A stretch of 64,000 nt of DNA from a candidate division WWE3 bacterium. GTDB taxonomy: Bacteria; Patescibacteriota; 4484-211; GCA-002791395. The notes beneath the pieces were generated by a model. It saw only the letters and a program-made list of their open reading frames with translations. It ran no database searches and had not been told where the DNA came from. Each line of letters begins with the position of its first letter. Position 1 is the first letter of the stretch. This document shows, one piece after another, positions 17,811 through 28,083 of the stretch. The DNA is taken from positions 445,984 through 509,983 of the forward strand of contig JAAXWF010000001.1 in the NCBI GenBank assembly GCA_013335095.1. Direction: 5' to 3'. A program made the position numbers and the translations under genes.

Positions 17811-18530
17811 ATGGATGAGAGAACTGCCGATGCGTTAAAGCTCGCATTCATTGGGCGATTCGTAGCCGAACGTAAGCCGCGTCAGCACGAATACTGGCTG
17901 GAAAAGTCTCGCCGATCGGCCGTGCCAGTTGATGTTCATGCACAAATTCGCCAAGCCCTAGAGGAATCGGGGGCTGATCGCAACATTACCAGCCTTTCCC
18001 AGACGGCTATGCTGTGGGGGGAAGCGTGGGCGCAGCTGTCAGGCCGTCGGTTTGGTCTGGCGGCAGAAGCACATTATGGTATGGTGTATGTCTTCACCAT
18101 CTGCGCTTTTAAGCGCTACGACGAGACTCGTGCTCGTTTTGAGCGAATTAAAGCGCAGGGTGATTCCGGGGTTTTCGACCTTACCGTGCTCGATGCGTTG
18201 GGCATCATCACTGCTGAAAGCGACAGTGAGGAACTGGTCCGCAAGTGGGACCGCTTCATAGTTGGCTCGACGCAGTACCATACAATGGCGGATGTCGCCG
18301 CTGAACTGGATCAGATCATCGAGCGCCAGCATCAGCGGGCGATGGCGACGATGCTCAACATGCTTATCCAAACGACACTGGCTCTTGAGCCGCGTCGTTT
18401 CGGGAGAGGGACACTCGCCTTCGCTATGAGCGTTTTGTCCGCGAAGCATGCGTCACCGGCCCGGTTACTGCGGGTCGAGCAGGTGATCGAAGACTACTTT
18501 AGCTCAAAGTCTTCTTCGCCTGAGATGTAG
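17811..18530 (+). CDS. hypothetical protein, high-GC island gene D
   Basis: GAAGGAG RBS. 239 aa, ~60% GC. Followed by a perfect terminator at 18549-18581. Confidence 0.5.
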   Translation: MDERTADALKLAFIGRFVAERKPRQHEYWLEKSRRSAVPVDVHAQIRQALEESGADRNITSLSQTAMLWGEAWAQLSGRRFGLAAEAHYGMVYVFTICAFKRYDETRARFERIKAQGDSGVFDLTVLDALGIITAESDSEELVRKWDRFIVGSTQYHTMADVAAELDQIIERQHQRAMATMLNMLIQTTLALEPRRFGRGTLAFAMSVLSAKHASPARLLRVEQVIEDYFSSKSSSPEM

Positions 18531-18548
18531 GGTTCATTCTAATCGGAG

Positions 18549-18581
18549 GCCCGGACAGTTTTACTGTTCGGGCTTTTTTTT
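18549..18581 (+). terminator. Rho-independent terminator
   Basis: gcccggacagt-ttt-actgttcgggc followed by tttttttt. The stem sequence is shared with the terminator at 21697. Confidence 0.75.
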
Positions 18582-18600
18582 GACATGATACTATTACGGT

Positions 18601-19068
18601 ATGAAACTTCTTGTAGGGCTGGGCAATCCCGATGAGTCCTATGCAAAAACTCGACACAATGTGGGGCACCTGTTAATCGATGAAATTAATCAGCTTGAAG
18701 GTTGGAAATTAGAAAAGAATAATACGTTCATGAATTCATCGGGTAAAGCTGTTCGAGAATTGTTATCTTACTATCATTTAACTCCTCAGGATCTTGTTGT
18801 TCTTCATGATGATTGGGTGTTTGAACTGGGCACATTCAAAGTTCAACGTAATCGTGGCGCGAGTGGGCATAATGGGGTTCAAAACATTATTGATGTTCTT
18901 GGGACAAAAGATTTTTGGCGAATACGGGTAGGTATTGGGGCTAAACCAGATCACACAATATTAGGCGATTATGTTCTGAGTAATTTTAAAACACAGGAAT
19001 TAAATGCGATAAAGGCACTATCAATACCAATTGTAGATGCATTAAAGCAAATCCCATTCGAGGGCTGA
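18601..19068 (+). CDS. pth: peptidyl-tRNA hydrolase
   Basis: MKLLVGLGNPDESYAKTRHNVGHLLID N-terminal Pth signature, 155 aa. Confidence 0.9.
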   Translation: MKLLVGLGNPDESYAKTRHNVGHLLIDEINQLEGWKLEKNNTFMNSSGKAVRELLSYYHLTPQDLVVLHDDWVFELGTFKVQRNRGASGHNGVQNIIDVLGTKDFWRIRVGIGAKPDHTILGDYVLSNFKTQELNAIKALSIPIVDALKQIPFEG

Positions 19069-19114
19069 ATCTTTACTCTTGTGCTCTGCTTTTTCAAGCA
19101 TAGAATAATAACGT

Positions 19115-20779
19115 ATGTCTGAAGTTTTATACCGAAAATACCGACCGCATGCATTTGACGAAGTTTGTGGACAAGACCACATAAAACGTATTTTGCAATC
19201 AGCTTTAGCTGCCGATCAGGTTGCTCATGCATACTTGTTTTCTGGACCTCGTGGTGTAGGTAAAACCAGTATCGCCCGAATCCTTGCCCGGGCATTGGAC
19301 GTACAGGGCGTGGATCTTGTTGAAATCGATGCTGCCAGCCATCGTGGTATCGAAGATGTCCGCGAAATAAGAGAGTCGGTTAATTTCCATCCAACTCAAG
19401 GTGAGCGAAAACTGTATATCCTCGATGAAGTCCACATGTTAACCAACGAAGCATTTAACGCGTTGCTAAAAACTCTAGAAGAACCACCTTCATTTGTCTA
19501 TTTTGTCCTTTGTACGACAGAATCACACAAGGTTCCTCTAACAATATTGTCTAGGTGTCAGCGGTTGAATTTCATTAGTCCTACGACCGATGAAATGGCA
19601 GGATTTTTAAAAAAGATTGCGGCAGACGAGGGCTCTGTTTTGGATGATGAAGCCTCTCGTATTATAGTCGAATTAGCCGAGGGATCATTTCGCGATGCAC
19701 TTGTCATTTTAGATCAAGCGCTTCGTTCGGCATCGTCTTTAGAAATTACGGTAGCTACAATGGAGTCGGGGATTGGACTAACCCCGTCTACACAAATAAC
19801 TGAATTGTTCAACTTGATTGTACAAAAGTCAAGACAAGGCTTTGTGGATAAGGTTAATTCGCTTAGAAATGGCGGTGCAGATATGAAGGTTGTGTCGAGC
19901 AAGATTGTTGCTCGATTGTCGGAGGAGATTCTCAAAGGCGAGGTTGAATCGGCCGCTAGCGATAATTTTTTAACATTATTAGATTATCTGCTCGAGTCTC
20001 GTCGTCAGATGCAATATGTGAGTTCACCATGGATGCCTTTTGTGGTCGCTGTATTAAAATGGATGGATGGTTCCCCGCAGACAAAAAAAAATCCAGTAAC
20101 TCCGCTATCACACCCAAATCCTAAAGTAGAAGAATCAAAACAAGTAGAAGCAACTGATCCTCAGATAACTTCCAAACGGGAAGATGTTATTTCAAATCAA
20201 GATCCTCAAGCTGCGCCTATAAATCAACCTTTTACTAACTCGACGATTGAAGTTTCAAAATCAATAGAGATACCAATTCCACCAATTAATGTCGTCCTCT
20301 CTGAATCCGGTTCATTAAGCAACGATATTATAAGTATTTGGCCCCAAGTTATGGATGAAATTAAAAAGGAAAAGCGTACCGTTGAAGCTCTTTTAAAGGA
20401 TTGTACCGTTCTTGGGCTAAATGAATCAGGCCAACTTTTATTGGACTTTAAATTTGAATTCCACAAGAAAAAAGTAGAAGAAAACAATAATCGGGCAGTT
20501 CTCGAAGGTGTGGTCGGCCGCCTTCTTGGCCGAAATATTACCGTGGTATGTCAGTGGAAAAAGGGTGATCGCCAAATGTCTACCGATGTGGATATTTTGA
20601 TAGAAGATCCGAATGCAGTTATCGTAGATCGATCTGCGTATGGAAGTGGTAAACCCGGAAAAGCTAAAAGTGATTTTCCCATGGCTCGAAGAAAAGAGCA
20701 CGCTCCTACAAGCTCCTCTGGTGATAAAGATCTCCTTGCTATGGCTCAAGAAGTGTTTGGCGGTCAAATGATCGAGTAG
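19115..20779 (+). CDS. dnaX: DNA polymerase III subunit gamma/tau
   Basis: AAA+ clamp-loader with Walker A GPRGVGKTS, DEVHML, and SRC motif (LSRCQRL). Confidence 0.9.
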   Translation: MSEVLYRKYRPHAFDEVCGQDHIKRILQSALAADQVAHAYLFSGPRGVGKTSIARILARALDVQGVDLVEIDAASHRGIEDVREIRESVNFHPTQGERKLYILDEVHMLTNEAFNALLKTLEEPPSFVYFVLCTTESHKVPLTILSRCQRLNFISPTTDEMAGFLKKIAADEGSVLDDEASRIIVELAEGSFRDALVILDQALRSASSLEITVATMESGIGLTPSTQITELFNLIVQKSRQGFVDKVNSLRNGGADMKVVSSKIVARLSEEILKGEVESAASDNFLTLLDYLLESRRQMQYVSSPWMPFVVAVLKWMDGSPQTKKNPVTPLSHPNPKVEESKQVEATDPQITSKREDVISNQDPQAAPINQPFTNSTIEVSKSIEIPIPPINVVLSESGSLSNDIISIWPQVMDEIKKEKRTVEALLKDCTVLGLNESGQLLLDFKFEFHKKKVEENNNRAVLEGVVGRLLGRNITVVCQWKKGDRQMSTDVDILIEDPNAVIVDRSAYGSGKPGKAKSDFPMARRKEHAPTSSSGDKDLLAMAQEVFGGQMIE

Positions 20780-20848
20780 ATAATTTCATCCCTGTGCTAC
20801 AATAAACCCATAGTCAATTAAGTCGGTTCATATACACAGGAGGGTCCT

Positions 20849-21655
20849 ATGGACGCAGGTGCTGATGTTAGCAGACGGAGTGAGGATACTGAGTCTCTAC
20901 CGTGGAGAGATGTGATAAAACAAATCCCTCTCTATCGTTGGGTCCAGCTACTCGCCATTACGTTGGCAGTGCTGGATGTCTATTTCCTTGGCCTGCGGGT
21001 GATTACCCGGCCGCTTCACTTCTGGCTGACTGGCCAGGGTAATAAGCCTCTGATCGACTATCTGGGGACCGGGGGATGGTTCGTGATACTCATCTCGGTT
21101 GGGCTGTTTTTTGTCGCCCGCCAGATGTATCAGGGACAGCCCCACATCGTGATCACACCAACTAGTCTTGATGCTGAAGGTCGCGAGGATGAGCACGGGC
21201 GGTTGGAAGATGCGGCTCCTTCGGTGTACGACTCGATTGATATCGGGGCGGCCGGAGAAGAGTTGACACATCTGGCTCAGGTCGCCTTGGCGGGATGGGC
21301 GATGGTCTTCAATTCTCGTGGCGGTGTCGGGGATGCGGGGCGGTGGATCGTTAAGATCGTCGTCGACGCACCGACTCATGATGGAACCTCGGCTAAAGTC
21401 GGGCTTAATGTGGCTAACCCTGATCAGCCCGGATCGCGTCAAGCGCGGATCGGGGTGGTGCTATATTGCCCGCCCTCGGCTGACTCGATGGACGACTGGC
21501 GTGTCCACGCTGTTCATATCGGCGATGACACCCGCCAGCTGATCTCGTATCGGTTCAACGATCAGAAAATCGTCGGGGTGCAGGGAACATTCCCTGCATG
21601 GCTAGAGGTTAGTCACAGTGAGCTGGATGATGGGGACCTTATGCCCGGTGCATAA
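20849..21655 (+). CDS. hypothetical membrane protein, high-GC island
   Basis: CAGGAGGG RBS. Two to three TM segments at the N-terminus, ~62% GC. Inserted between dnaX and ybaB. Confidence 0.5.
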   Translation: MDAGADVSRRSEDTESLPWRDVIKQIPLYRWVQLLAITLAVLDVYFLGLRVITRPLHFWLTGQGNKPLIDYLGTGGWFVILISVGLFFVARQMYQGQPHIVITPTSLDAEGREDEHGRLEDAAPSVYDSIDIGAAGEELTHLAQVALAGWAMVFNSRGGVGDAGRWIVKIVVDAPTHDGTSAKVGLNVANPDQPGSRQARIGVVLYCPPSADSMDDWRVHAVHIGDDTRQLISYRFNDQKIVGVQGTFPAWLEVSHSELDDGDLMPGA

Positions 21656-21696
21656 CGTTCTGGTCTCCACTCTTTAAATCGGCGTATAAAAAGCAA

Positions 21697-21733
21697 GCCT
21701 GGGCAGTCATCGTACTGTCCGGGCTTTTTTGTT
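21697..21733 (+). terminator. Rho-independent terminator
   Basis: gcctgggcagt-catcgt-actgtccgggc followed by ttttttgtt. Confidence 0.65.
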
Positions 21734-21787
21734 GTTTGGGATATAATCGTGGTGGGTTTATCCGTTTATGCAAGGAGGATCGGCGCG

Positions 21788-22375
21788 ATGAAGATTAAAA
21801 CATCGCCGGAAGGAACTACTAAAGTTCCTGTGGGTATCTGGGCTTTGATCGGGGTGACCTGTCTTAGTGTCGTAACTACGATACTATGGCCATGGGGCGC
21901 GGCCACGATTTTTAGCATAATCTTAGGGATTTCCCTTATCGTTGCCAGCCTGATGTGGATGTCTAACCCTTCGCAGCATCGTCTTGTGGATCCTTCGTTA
22001 TTCATGACCAGGTTTACCGTTGAAGCACTGTCAACGATCGTCCAGATCTTGAATCGTCATGGTGTTGAGGCAATCTCGGTAAAAGAGATTCAAATAGTCT
22101 TCGGTGTTGATCCATCAGCATCGCATACCATCGAGATCTTGATCGATGTTGATCATGATCCTATCAAACCGTATTGTTTAAGGTGCATCCTCATGGAAAA
22201 ACCTACAATCCGGCCAGTTGGCTTTAAATGGGTGGTGACGTCAATCACCGGATCAATCCCGGCTGATTCAAAAGATCCTTGGCAATTGGTTCGAGTTGGT
22301 GATCACCTAATTAGGTCGGCCGGCGAATTCCCATACACCAAGGAAGACGTATTAGTTTCGCCCGTTGGTTCGTAA
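21788..22375 (+). CDS. hypothetical membrane protein, high-GC island
   Basis: AAGGAGGA RBS 7 nt before ATG 21788. Two N-terminal TM segments. The 3' hairpin ccccgctaaa..tttagcgggg lies at 22378-22408. Confidence 0.45.
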   Translation: MKIKTSPEGTTKVPVGIWALIGVTCLSVVTTILWPWGAATIFSIILGISLIVASLMWMSNPSQHRLVDPSLFMTRFTVEALSTIVQILNRHGVEAISVKEIQIVFGVDPSASHTIEILIDVDHDPIKPYCLRCILMEKPTIRPVGFKWVVTSITGSIPADSKDPWQLVRVGDHLIRSAGEFPYTKEDVLVSPVGS

Positions 22376-22466
22376 AATTAACCCCGCTAAATCTATCAGA
22401 AGTTTAGCGGGGAATTATAAAACTACTTGCTTTGATCGTGTTATAATCATCCAAGATTTAACCTCT

Positions 22467-22739
22467 ATGATTGATAAATTAAAACAGTTAAACGAACTTC
22501 GCCGACAATCACAACAAATGCAAAAAGATCTTGACTCTGAGGTTCTCGAAGTCGAGCATAAGGGGGTAACCGTTGTCGTTACTGCTGGAATGAAAGTTAA
22601 TTCCATAAATACAAATGGTCGTAGCGATGATGATGTAACAAGTGCTGTTAATAAAGCGCTCCAAGAAGCACAAAAGATTGCTGCTAAGAAAATGCGCAGT
22701 CAACTCGGTGCCATGGGATTAGATCTTCCGGGATTCTAA
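22467..22739 (+). CDS. ybaB: nucleoid-associated protein YbaB/EbfC
   Basis: 90-aa YbaB fold (MIDKLKQLNELRRQSQQMQKDL...). The longer TTG-initiated ORF from 22365 runs through an upstream terminator hairpin, so ATG 22467 is preferred. Confidence 0.75.
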   Translation: MIDKLKQLNELRRQSQQMQKDLDSEVLEVEHKGVTVVVTAGMKVNSINTNGRSDDDVTSAVNKALQEAQKIAAKKMRSQLGAMGLDLPGF

Positions 22740-22819
22740 TAGTTTTCTTAATTTTTCTGATCTTACTAAAAAACAAAAAGTTAGCTGGTTTAGACGATGC
22801 CTGTTATAGTAATTAGGTT

Positions 22820-23443
22820 ATGAAAGTCGCCCGTCCGATTGCGCGTGTCATCGAAGCGCTGCAAAGTCTTCCCGGTATTGGTCCTCGTTCGGCTGAAAGG
22901 CTTGCGTATCATCTGTGGCGACTTCCCGAAGATCAGGTTCAACAAATCGCTGATGATATTAAAGGACTAAAAACTATGACCGTTTCATGTCGTGAATGTT
23001 ACAACATTTCCGAATCTGAGTTATGTTGGATATGCGAAGATACTGGTCGTAATCCATCCCTTGTTATGGTCGTTGAAGAACCTTTAGACGTCTCCGCTAT
23101 GGAGCGGACCGGTAAGTTTGATGGTTTATACCATGTACTTGGTGGTGTGCTTGATCCAATTCGAGGAATCGGACCCGATGAATTACGAACATATGAACTA
23201 ATGGATCGCATTCAATTGCGATTGGAAAAAGGTTCTGAATCAATCGAAATCGTTTTAGCGACAAATCCATCTACCGAAGGCGAGACTACGGCCATCTATT
23301 TACGGAAAATGATCGTTGAGCGATTTCCTGGACAACCAATTAAAGTTACCCGAATAGCACGGGGTTTGCCCGTCGGGAGTGATCTTGAATATGCTGATCC
23401 GATGACATTATCTCGTTCTCTTGAAGGGCGGATTGAGTACTAG
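22820..23443 (+). CDS. recR: recombination protein RecR
   Basis: HhH N-terminus, C4 zinc finger (CRECYNISESELCWIC), Toprim domain. Confidence 0.9.
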   Translation: MKVARPIARVIEALQSLPGIGPRSAERLAYHLWRLPEDQVQQIADDIKGLKTMTVSCRECYNISESELCWICEDTGRNPSLVMVVEEPLDVSAMERTGKFDGLYHVLGGVLDPIRGIGPDELRTYELMDRIQLRLEKGSESIEIVLATNPSTEGETTAIYLRKMIVERFPGQPIKVTRIARGLPVGSDLEYADPMTLSRSLEGRIEY

Positions 23444-23516
23444 GTCGTTGTTTTGTGTTGCCTTTTGCGGGTAATCTATGTTTGTATGATCTGAAAAATC
23501 CAGTTATAGTAAATAA

Positions 23517-24002
23517 GTGAATTATCAGTTTGTGTACCAAGGAATTTCCGGGCGTTTTACTCAATCTCCGTGGACCGGAACTCAGCGACTATTTATTAAC
23601 GGTTCCGAGATTTTTAAGGGCGATCATGAATGGTTAACCCCGCAAGGTTGGCATGTTAAATCCGTACGCCAGTTACTCTTATTTCCTAAACTTATTATTG
23701 ATGGTCATGACCTAGTGCTTGTTTCTATGCGTTGGTGGGAATGGGGATTAGTGTTTCTTCCAATGATTTGGATATTTTTCGGCGGAATTATACCGACAAT
23801 GATTGGAATGGCTGGGATTTATTTAAATGCATCGTTATTTGCGTCGCACGATTTACCAACCGGCACCAAATTAATGTTTTCATCTAGTTTACTGGTTAGT
23901 GAGTTCGTGTTTTTAATCCTGGTTTCGTATGTGCTGAATGGATTATCTCCAACAGAAGGTAGTCAGCTTACAAAGCAGCTAATCTTTATAATGGATCTTT
24001 AA
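23517..24002 (+). CDS. hypothetical membrane protein (low-GC)
   Basis: 161 aa with three hydrophobic segments in the C-terminal half. Confidence 0.4.
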   Translation: MNYQFVYQGISGRFTQSPWTGTQRLFINGSEIFKGDHEWLTPQGWHVKSVRQLLLFPKLIIDGHDLVLVSMRWWEWGLVFLPMIWIFFGGIIPTMIGMAGIYLNASLFASHDLPTGTKLMFSSSLLVSEFVFLILVSYVLNGLSPTEGSQLTKQLIFIMDL

Positions 24003-24068
24003 AAGTTTAAGCTTCATCTGTTAATACAACAAATGAAGCTTGGTTTGAAGTCCTATTTTCCTACGCGT

Positions 24069-24758
24069 CTATACGCTACGCTGTTCCCATTTAGTAAATA
24101 GGTCGCGCATCGCATCAGAAAATAACTGGTGGCGTAGTTCAACGACCTTGCTCGCTCGATACAAGGCAAGACACCTGCTACTTGGCCATTGCATTGCTAC
24201 GTGCTGGCATCGCGGACAGGCACACACAATCGTGCGATGCCCTTTAACTACAGAGATCGGCCAAATGGTTGATTCCGATCCTCGTTTCATTACCCGACCG
24301 ATTAGGTACCCGGGATAGTACGGGATCGGCATGTCGTCGGCGAGTACTGCTTTTCCCGCTGTCTCGATGATTCCGACATCCCCGTTACCGAGATCTACGT
24401 CGGTTATCTTAATGGATAGGGGCGGGAAGTATTCGGACCTAAAGGTCAGGAATGCCTCCGACAGAAGACAATATGCAGCCTGGAGTTTGAGGGCCGAGGC
24501 TCCGCTGATCTCGGATATTCCACCTCGTGTAATGTATCGAAAGAACCAGCGTGGAATATTTAGCTGGCGATGTAGCATTCCCGCCAAGATATCGGGGGGA
24601 AGGTTATCTATGAGTTCCAGTGCTTGCGCAAGCCTTTCTACAAAGTACCTGGGTCGAGGGCTTGTGGGGTACGCTTCACGCAAGGTGAGCGGTTTAATAC
24701 CCGCTAATCGAGCCGAGACCAACTCATCCAGCAATTCATCGACTGGTGAAGTCATCAT
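24069..24758 (-). CDS. hypothetical protein, high-GC island (contains a CxxC pair, CACPRCQ)
   Basis: GGAG RBS on the minus strand, ~60% GC. The antisense ORF 24331-24774 is judged a shadow. A hairpin at 24008-24040 separates it from the upstream gene. Confidence 0.45.
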   Translation of the reverse strand: MMTSPVDELLDELVSARLAGIKPLTLREAYPTSPRPRYFVERLAQALELIDNLPPDILAGMLHRQLNIPRWFFRYITRGGISEISGASALKLQAAYCLLSEAFLTFRSEYFPPLSIKITDVDLGNGDVGIIETAGKAVLADDMPIPYYPGYLIGRVMKRGSESTIWPISVVKGHRTIVCACPRCQHVAMQWPSSRCLALYRASKVVELRHQLFSDAMRDLFTKWEQRSV

Positions 24759-24916
24759 GATGACATCTCCCTAAATAGGCTACTGTTTTGTAGCTCCGAG
24801 GTGATCGTAACGCTTGGTATTATGACAAATTATCGGACGTTTATCAAATTTTTATATGTATACTCTTGTGGCGATTTACTAGCTATTTATTAATCGTCAT
24901 ATAATAATAAAGAACC

Positions 24917-26314
24917 GTGTTTACGCTGTACAACTCTTTAACCCGACAAAAAGAAGAATTTCATTCAATTAAACCTGATCGTGTTGGTTTATATACCTGT
25001 GGTATGACCGTTTATGACTATGCCCATATTGGACATGGACGAAAATACACGATGGATGATGTGTTACGTCGAACCTTAACCTTTTTAGGATATCAGGTAA
25101 CTCATGTACAAAATGTTACCGACGTTGGACATTTAGTTTCGGATGCGGACGAAGGGGGCGATAAGATGGAAAAAGGTGCACTTAAGGCAGGGAAGACGGT
25201 GTGGGAGATCGCTGAATTTTTCACTCAACATTTTTATGATTCAATGGACCGATTGCATATTTTAAGACCAACTGTAGTATGCCGTGCTACCGATCACATT
25301 CAAGAACAAATCGATTTAATACAGCGATTAATTGATAACAATGTCGCATACGATACCCCGGAAGCTGTTTATTTTGAAGTTTCAAAATTTCTTGAATATG
25401 GCCAATTGTTTGGACAAAAATTAGATGAAAAAGAGATTGCGGTCCGAGAGGATGTTATTACCGGTAGTTATAAAAGGAATCCCGCCGATTTTGTTTTGTG
25501 GGCAAAAAGAACCGGACATCACGCTAATCATATTATGCATTGGGATAGCCCATGGGGAGATGGATTTCCCGGATGGCACATCGAGTGTTCGGCGATGAGT
25601 ATGAAGTATCTGGGTGAAACCTTTGATATCCATACCGGCGGCGAGGATCACCTGTCAATCCATCATCCAAATGAGATTGCACAAAGTCAGGCCGCAACCG
25701 GAGAACCATTGGCGCATTATTGGATTCACCACGCATTTTTAATGGTCGATGGACAAAAGATGAGTAAGAGCTTGGGAAATTTTTACCGAGTCGAGGACGT
25801 TATCGAGCGGGGATTTAATCCAATCTCGTTGCGATATCTATATTTAAACTCCCATTATCGTAAACCGTTGAATTTTACTTGGTCGGGACTTGAAGCGGCC
25901 GAGAAAGGATTATATTCATTACTGTCTTGGATGCAGGATGTTCCCGCCGAAGAAGCCGATGAAGCTTACACTCAAGACTCATTGATTCATCGAAATAACT
26001 TTATTCAATCTATCTGTGATGATTTAAATACCCCCAAAACCTTAGCTGCCGTGTGGGAAATGGTTCGCAGTGATCTACCGCGCGGTCAAAAACTCAAACT
26101 CATGCGAGAGTTTGATGAAGTGTTGGGTTTTGGCCTTGATGACTTTCGTCACATCGTAATTCCGGAAGACGTAAAAGAGCTACTTGATGCGCGCAATGAA
26201 GCTCGTAATTCAAAAGACTATAGTAAATCAGATCAATTACGGGATCAGATTGATCAGTTGGGGTACACGATTTTAGATACAAAAGAGGGAAGTATCCTGC
26301 GAAAAAAATATTAA
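24917..26314 (+). CDS. cysS: cysteine--tRNA ligase
   Basis: HIGH motif (HIGHGRKY), KMSKS motif, zinc-binding Cys residues and the class I Rossmann fold. Confidence 0.95.
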   Translation: MFTLYNSLTRQKEEFHSIKPDRVGLYTCGMTVYDYAHIGHGRKYTMDDVLRRTLTFLGYQVTHVQNVTDVGHLVSDADEGGDKMEKGALKAGKTVWEIAEFFTQHFYDSMDRLHILRPTVVCRATDHIQEQIDLIQRLIDNNVAYDTPEAVYFEVSKFLEYGQLFGQKLDEKEIAVREDVITGSYKRNPADFVLWAKRTGHHANHIMHWDSPWGDGFPGWHIECSAMSMKYLGETFDIHTGGEDHLSIHHPNEIAQSQAATGEPLAHYWIHHAFLMVDGQKMSKSLGNFYRVEDVIERGFNPISLRYLYLNSHYRKPLNFTWSGLEAAEKGLYSLLSWMQDVPAEEADEAYTQDSLIHRNNFIQSICDDLNTPKTLAAVWEMVRSDLPRGQKLKLMREFDEVLGFGLDDFRHIVIPEDVKELLDARNEARNSKDYSKSDQLRDQIDQLGYTILDTKEGSILRKKY

Positions 26315-27123
26315 CCGTTATCAACCGTTGAGCTTAGTACGTTAATTAGAGTAAAAAATTTCTTTCCGAGTTTTTCTGGCGTTGTTTGGGCAGAAAAATA
26401 TACTGGAAACTCAGGTAACTTTTCAAAGTATCTAAATATCTCTTTTGCCGTCAGTTGAGCTTTTTTAATTGCAGCATTACGTTGGTTTGTATTCAGAGCC
26501 TTTTTTTTCAAAATTTCGATCGATTCATCGGCTTCTTCAATTAATCGATTTTGGTCGGCGAGTTCTACGCCGCTATTCCATAAATGTTGAGATATTAAAC
26601 GGCCATTAATGCCAAAAGCAATCTCACTAATCTTTAGAAGATAAAAGTACCCAGGCCACGGGCTCTGCTGGAGTGTTTTTTTTAGTATGGAATCATATGC
26701 GCTCTCTGCCGGGAATAAGTAAACCGAATCCTGCCACAACTTAAATCCTAACCCAATCAGATAATTTCTCAGCTGGTCTCTAATTTCTCGTTTTGATTCG
26801 GGAACATCAAAGATCACTTGCCACCAACTTTGACCATCAACTAACACCGGTTCAATCAGAATCCTTTTGTAACGATCTTGAACCCGATGTAATCCTTTTT
26901 TAGTAATTGTTAAATACAGGCCATCTTCTCTGGATAGCTTTTCGAGTAATTTTTCTCTTTCCAAGTCATTAACGGCATGACGCACACTACTTTCATGGTA
27001 ACCATAAGGCGATGTTATTTGGTACAGTGACTGGTACGGAAGAAACAAAAGACCTCCCATTGAGGCAGATAATTTCTCTTTTGCCAGTATAAATAGGAGA
27101 TATTCACTGATTCGCGTATACAT
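26311..27123 (-). CDS. PaaX-family winged-helix transcriptional regulator-like protein
   Basis: The central region (KKGLHRVQDRYKRIL...DGQSWWQVIFDVPE...LRNYLIGLGFKLWQDSVYLFP) parallels PaaX (DKGLRLTRRAESKIY...DGKWLLLL...LIWQGFGALAPSL). Confidence 0.55.
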   Translation of the reverse strand: MYTRISEYLLFILAKEKLSASMGGLLFLPYQSLYQITSPYGYHESSVRHAVNDLEREKLLEKLSREDGLYLTITKKGLHRVQDRYKRILIEPVLVDGQSWWQVIFDVPESKREIRDQLRNYLIGLGFKLWQDSVYLFPAESAYDSILKKTLQQSPWPGYFYLLKISEIAFGINGRLISQHLWNSGVELADQNRLIEEADESIEILKKKALNTNQRNAAIKKAQLTAKEIFRYFEKLPEFPVYFSAQTTPEKLGKKFFTLINVLSSTVDNG

Positions 27124-27224
27124 TCTTCCTTATCCTAGCATGTTTGTAGTTCAAGTATAAAGGGGGATTTGCAAAGAAAAATATACTGTATAATCAAGTT
27201 ATCGGTAATGGTTTTTCTTTGTCA

Positions 27225-27254
27225 TTGACAGGTAGCTGTTATGGTTGATAAAAT
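27225..27254 (+). promoter_or_regulatory. sigma70-like promoter (TTGACA-18-TAAAAT) for the rpsF-ssb-rpsR operon
   Basis: TTGACA at 27225-27230, TAAAAT at 27249-27254. Confidence 0.55.
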
Positions 27255-27288
27255 CCAGGCGATAGTAAAAATTGGTATTGAATAATTT

Positions 27289-27591
27289 ATGAATCAACAA
27301 TATGAACTTCTAGCTGTAATTGACCCGGACATGGATGAAGCTACCGTGACCTCATCGGTCGAGAAAGCAATATCCGAACTAAAAATAACCCAAGGTAAAA
27401 AAGATGTCTGGGGATTGCGGACTTTAGCGTACCCAATTAATTCAAAAAACCGTGGTCGTTATATCTTGTATGAATTATCAACGTCAGAGGGTGCTAGTAT
27501 CCAGGAGTTAAATCGAGAACTCTTGATAATTGACGGTGTTATTCGTTTCAATCTGGTAAAACAGGCCAAAAAGGGAAAGGGAGGGAAATAA
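27289..27591 (+). CDS. rpsF: 30S ribosomal protein S6
   Basis: 100 aa with S6 fold signature (YELLAVIDPDMDE...). First gene of the conserved rpsF-ssb-rpsR operon. Confidence 0.9.
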   Translation: MNQQYELLAVIDPDMDEATVTSSVEKAISELKITQGKKDVWGLRTLAYPINSKNRGRYILYELSTSEGASIQELNRELLIIDGVIRFNLVKQAKKGKGGK

Positions 27592-27597
27592 TCTCTC

Positions 27598-28041
27598 ATG
27601 GCTGGCAGATCATTAAATAAAGTAATGCTCATTGGTAATTTAACCCGAGACCCAGAGCTTCGTTATACTGCAAGTGGTACTGCTGTTGTTTCTTTTAGTG
27701 TTGCAACCAATAGATCTTATACCCCAACTAACGCCTCTGAAGCTGTTGAAGACGTTGAATTTCATAACATAGTTGCGTGGGCAAAATTAGCCGAATTATG
27801 CGACAAACTTTTAAGCAAAGGTAAAAAAGTATATATCGAAGGTCGTCTTCAAACACGAGATTGGACCGATGAGCAGAGTGGTAAAAAGATGTATCGTACC
27901 GAGATCATTGCAGAAGAAATGATGATTTTATCTGGTACCGGTACCCGTGAAGATAATGGTCCCGCCGCTGGTGGAAATGATTCCGCACCAGATATCAATC
28001 AAGCAGCAAATTCAGATTTTAATGATGAGATTCCTTTCTAA
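27598..28041 (+). CDS. ssb: single-stranded DNA-binding protein
   Basis: OB-fold N-terminus (LNKVMLIGNLTRDPELRYT), acidic C-terminal tip DEIPF. Confidence 0.9.
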   Translation: MAGRSLNKVMLIGNLTRDPELRYTASGTAVVSFSVATNRSYTPTNASEAVEDVEFHNIVAWAKLAELCDKLLSKGKKVYIEGRLQTRDWTDEQSGKKMYRTEIIAEEMMILSGTGTREDNGPAAGGNDSAPDINQAANSDFNDEIPF

Positions 28042-28083
28042 ATAAAGGGATTCTTGTCATGCGTGATATAATTTGACAGTACT

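Noticed and set aside
22365..22466. TTG-initiated 124-aa version of ybaB
   Set aside because: The extra N-terminal 34 codons run through the terminator hairpin of the upstream island gene and lack an SD. The ATG at 22467 gives a canonical 90-aa YbaB.
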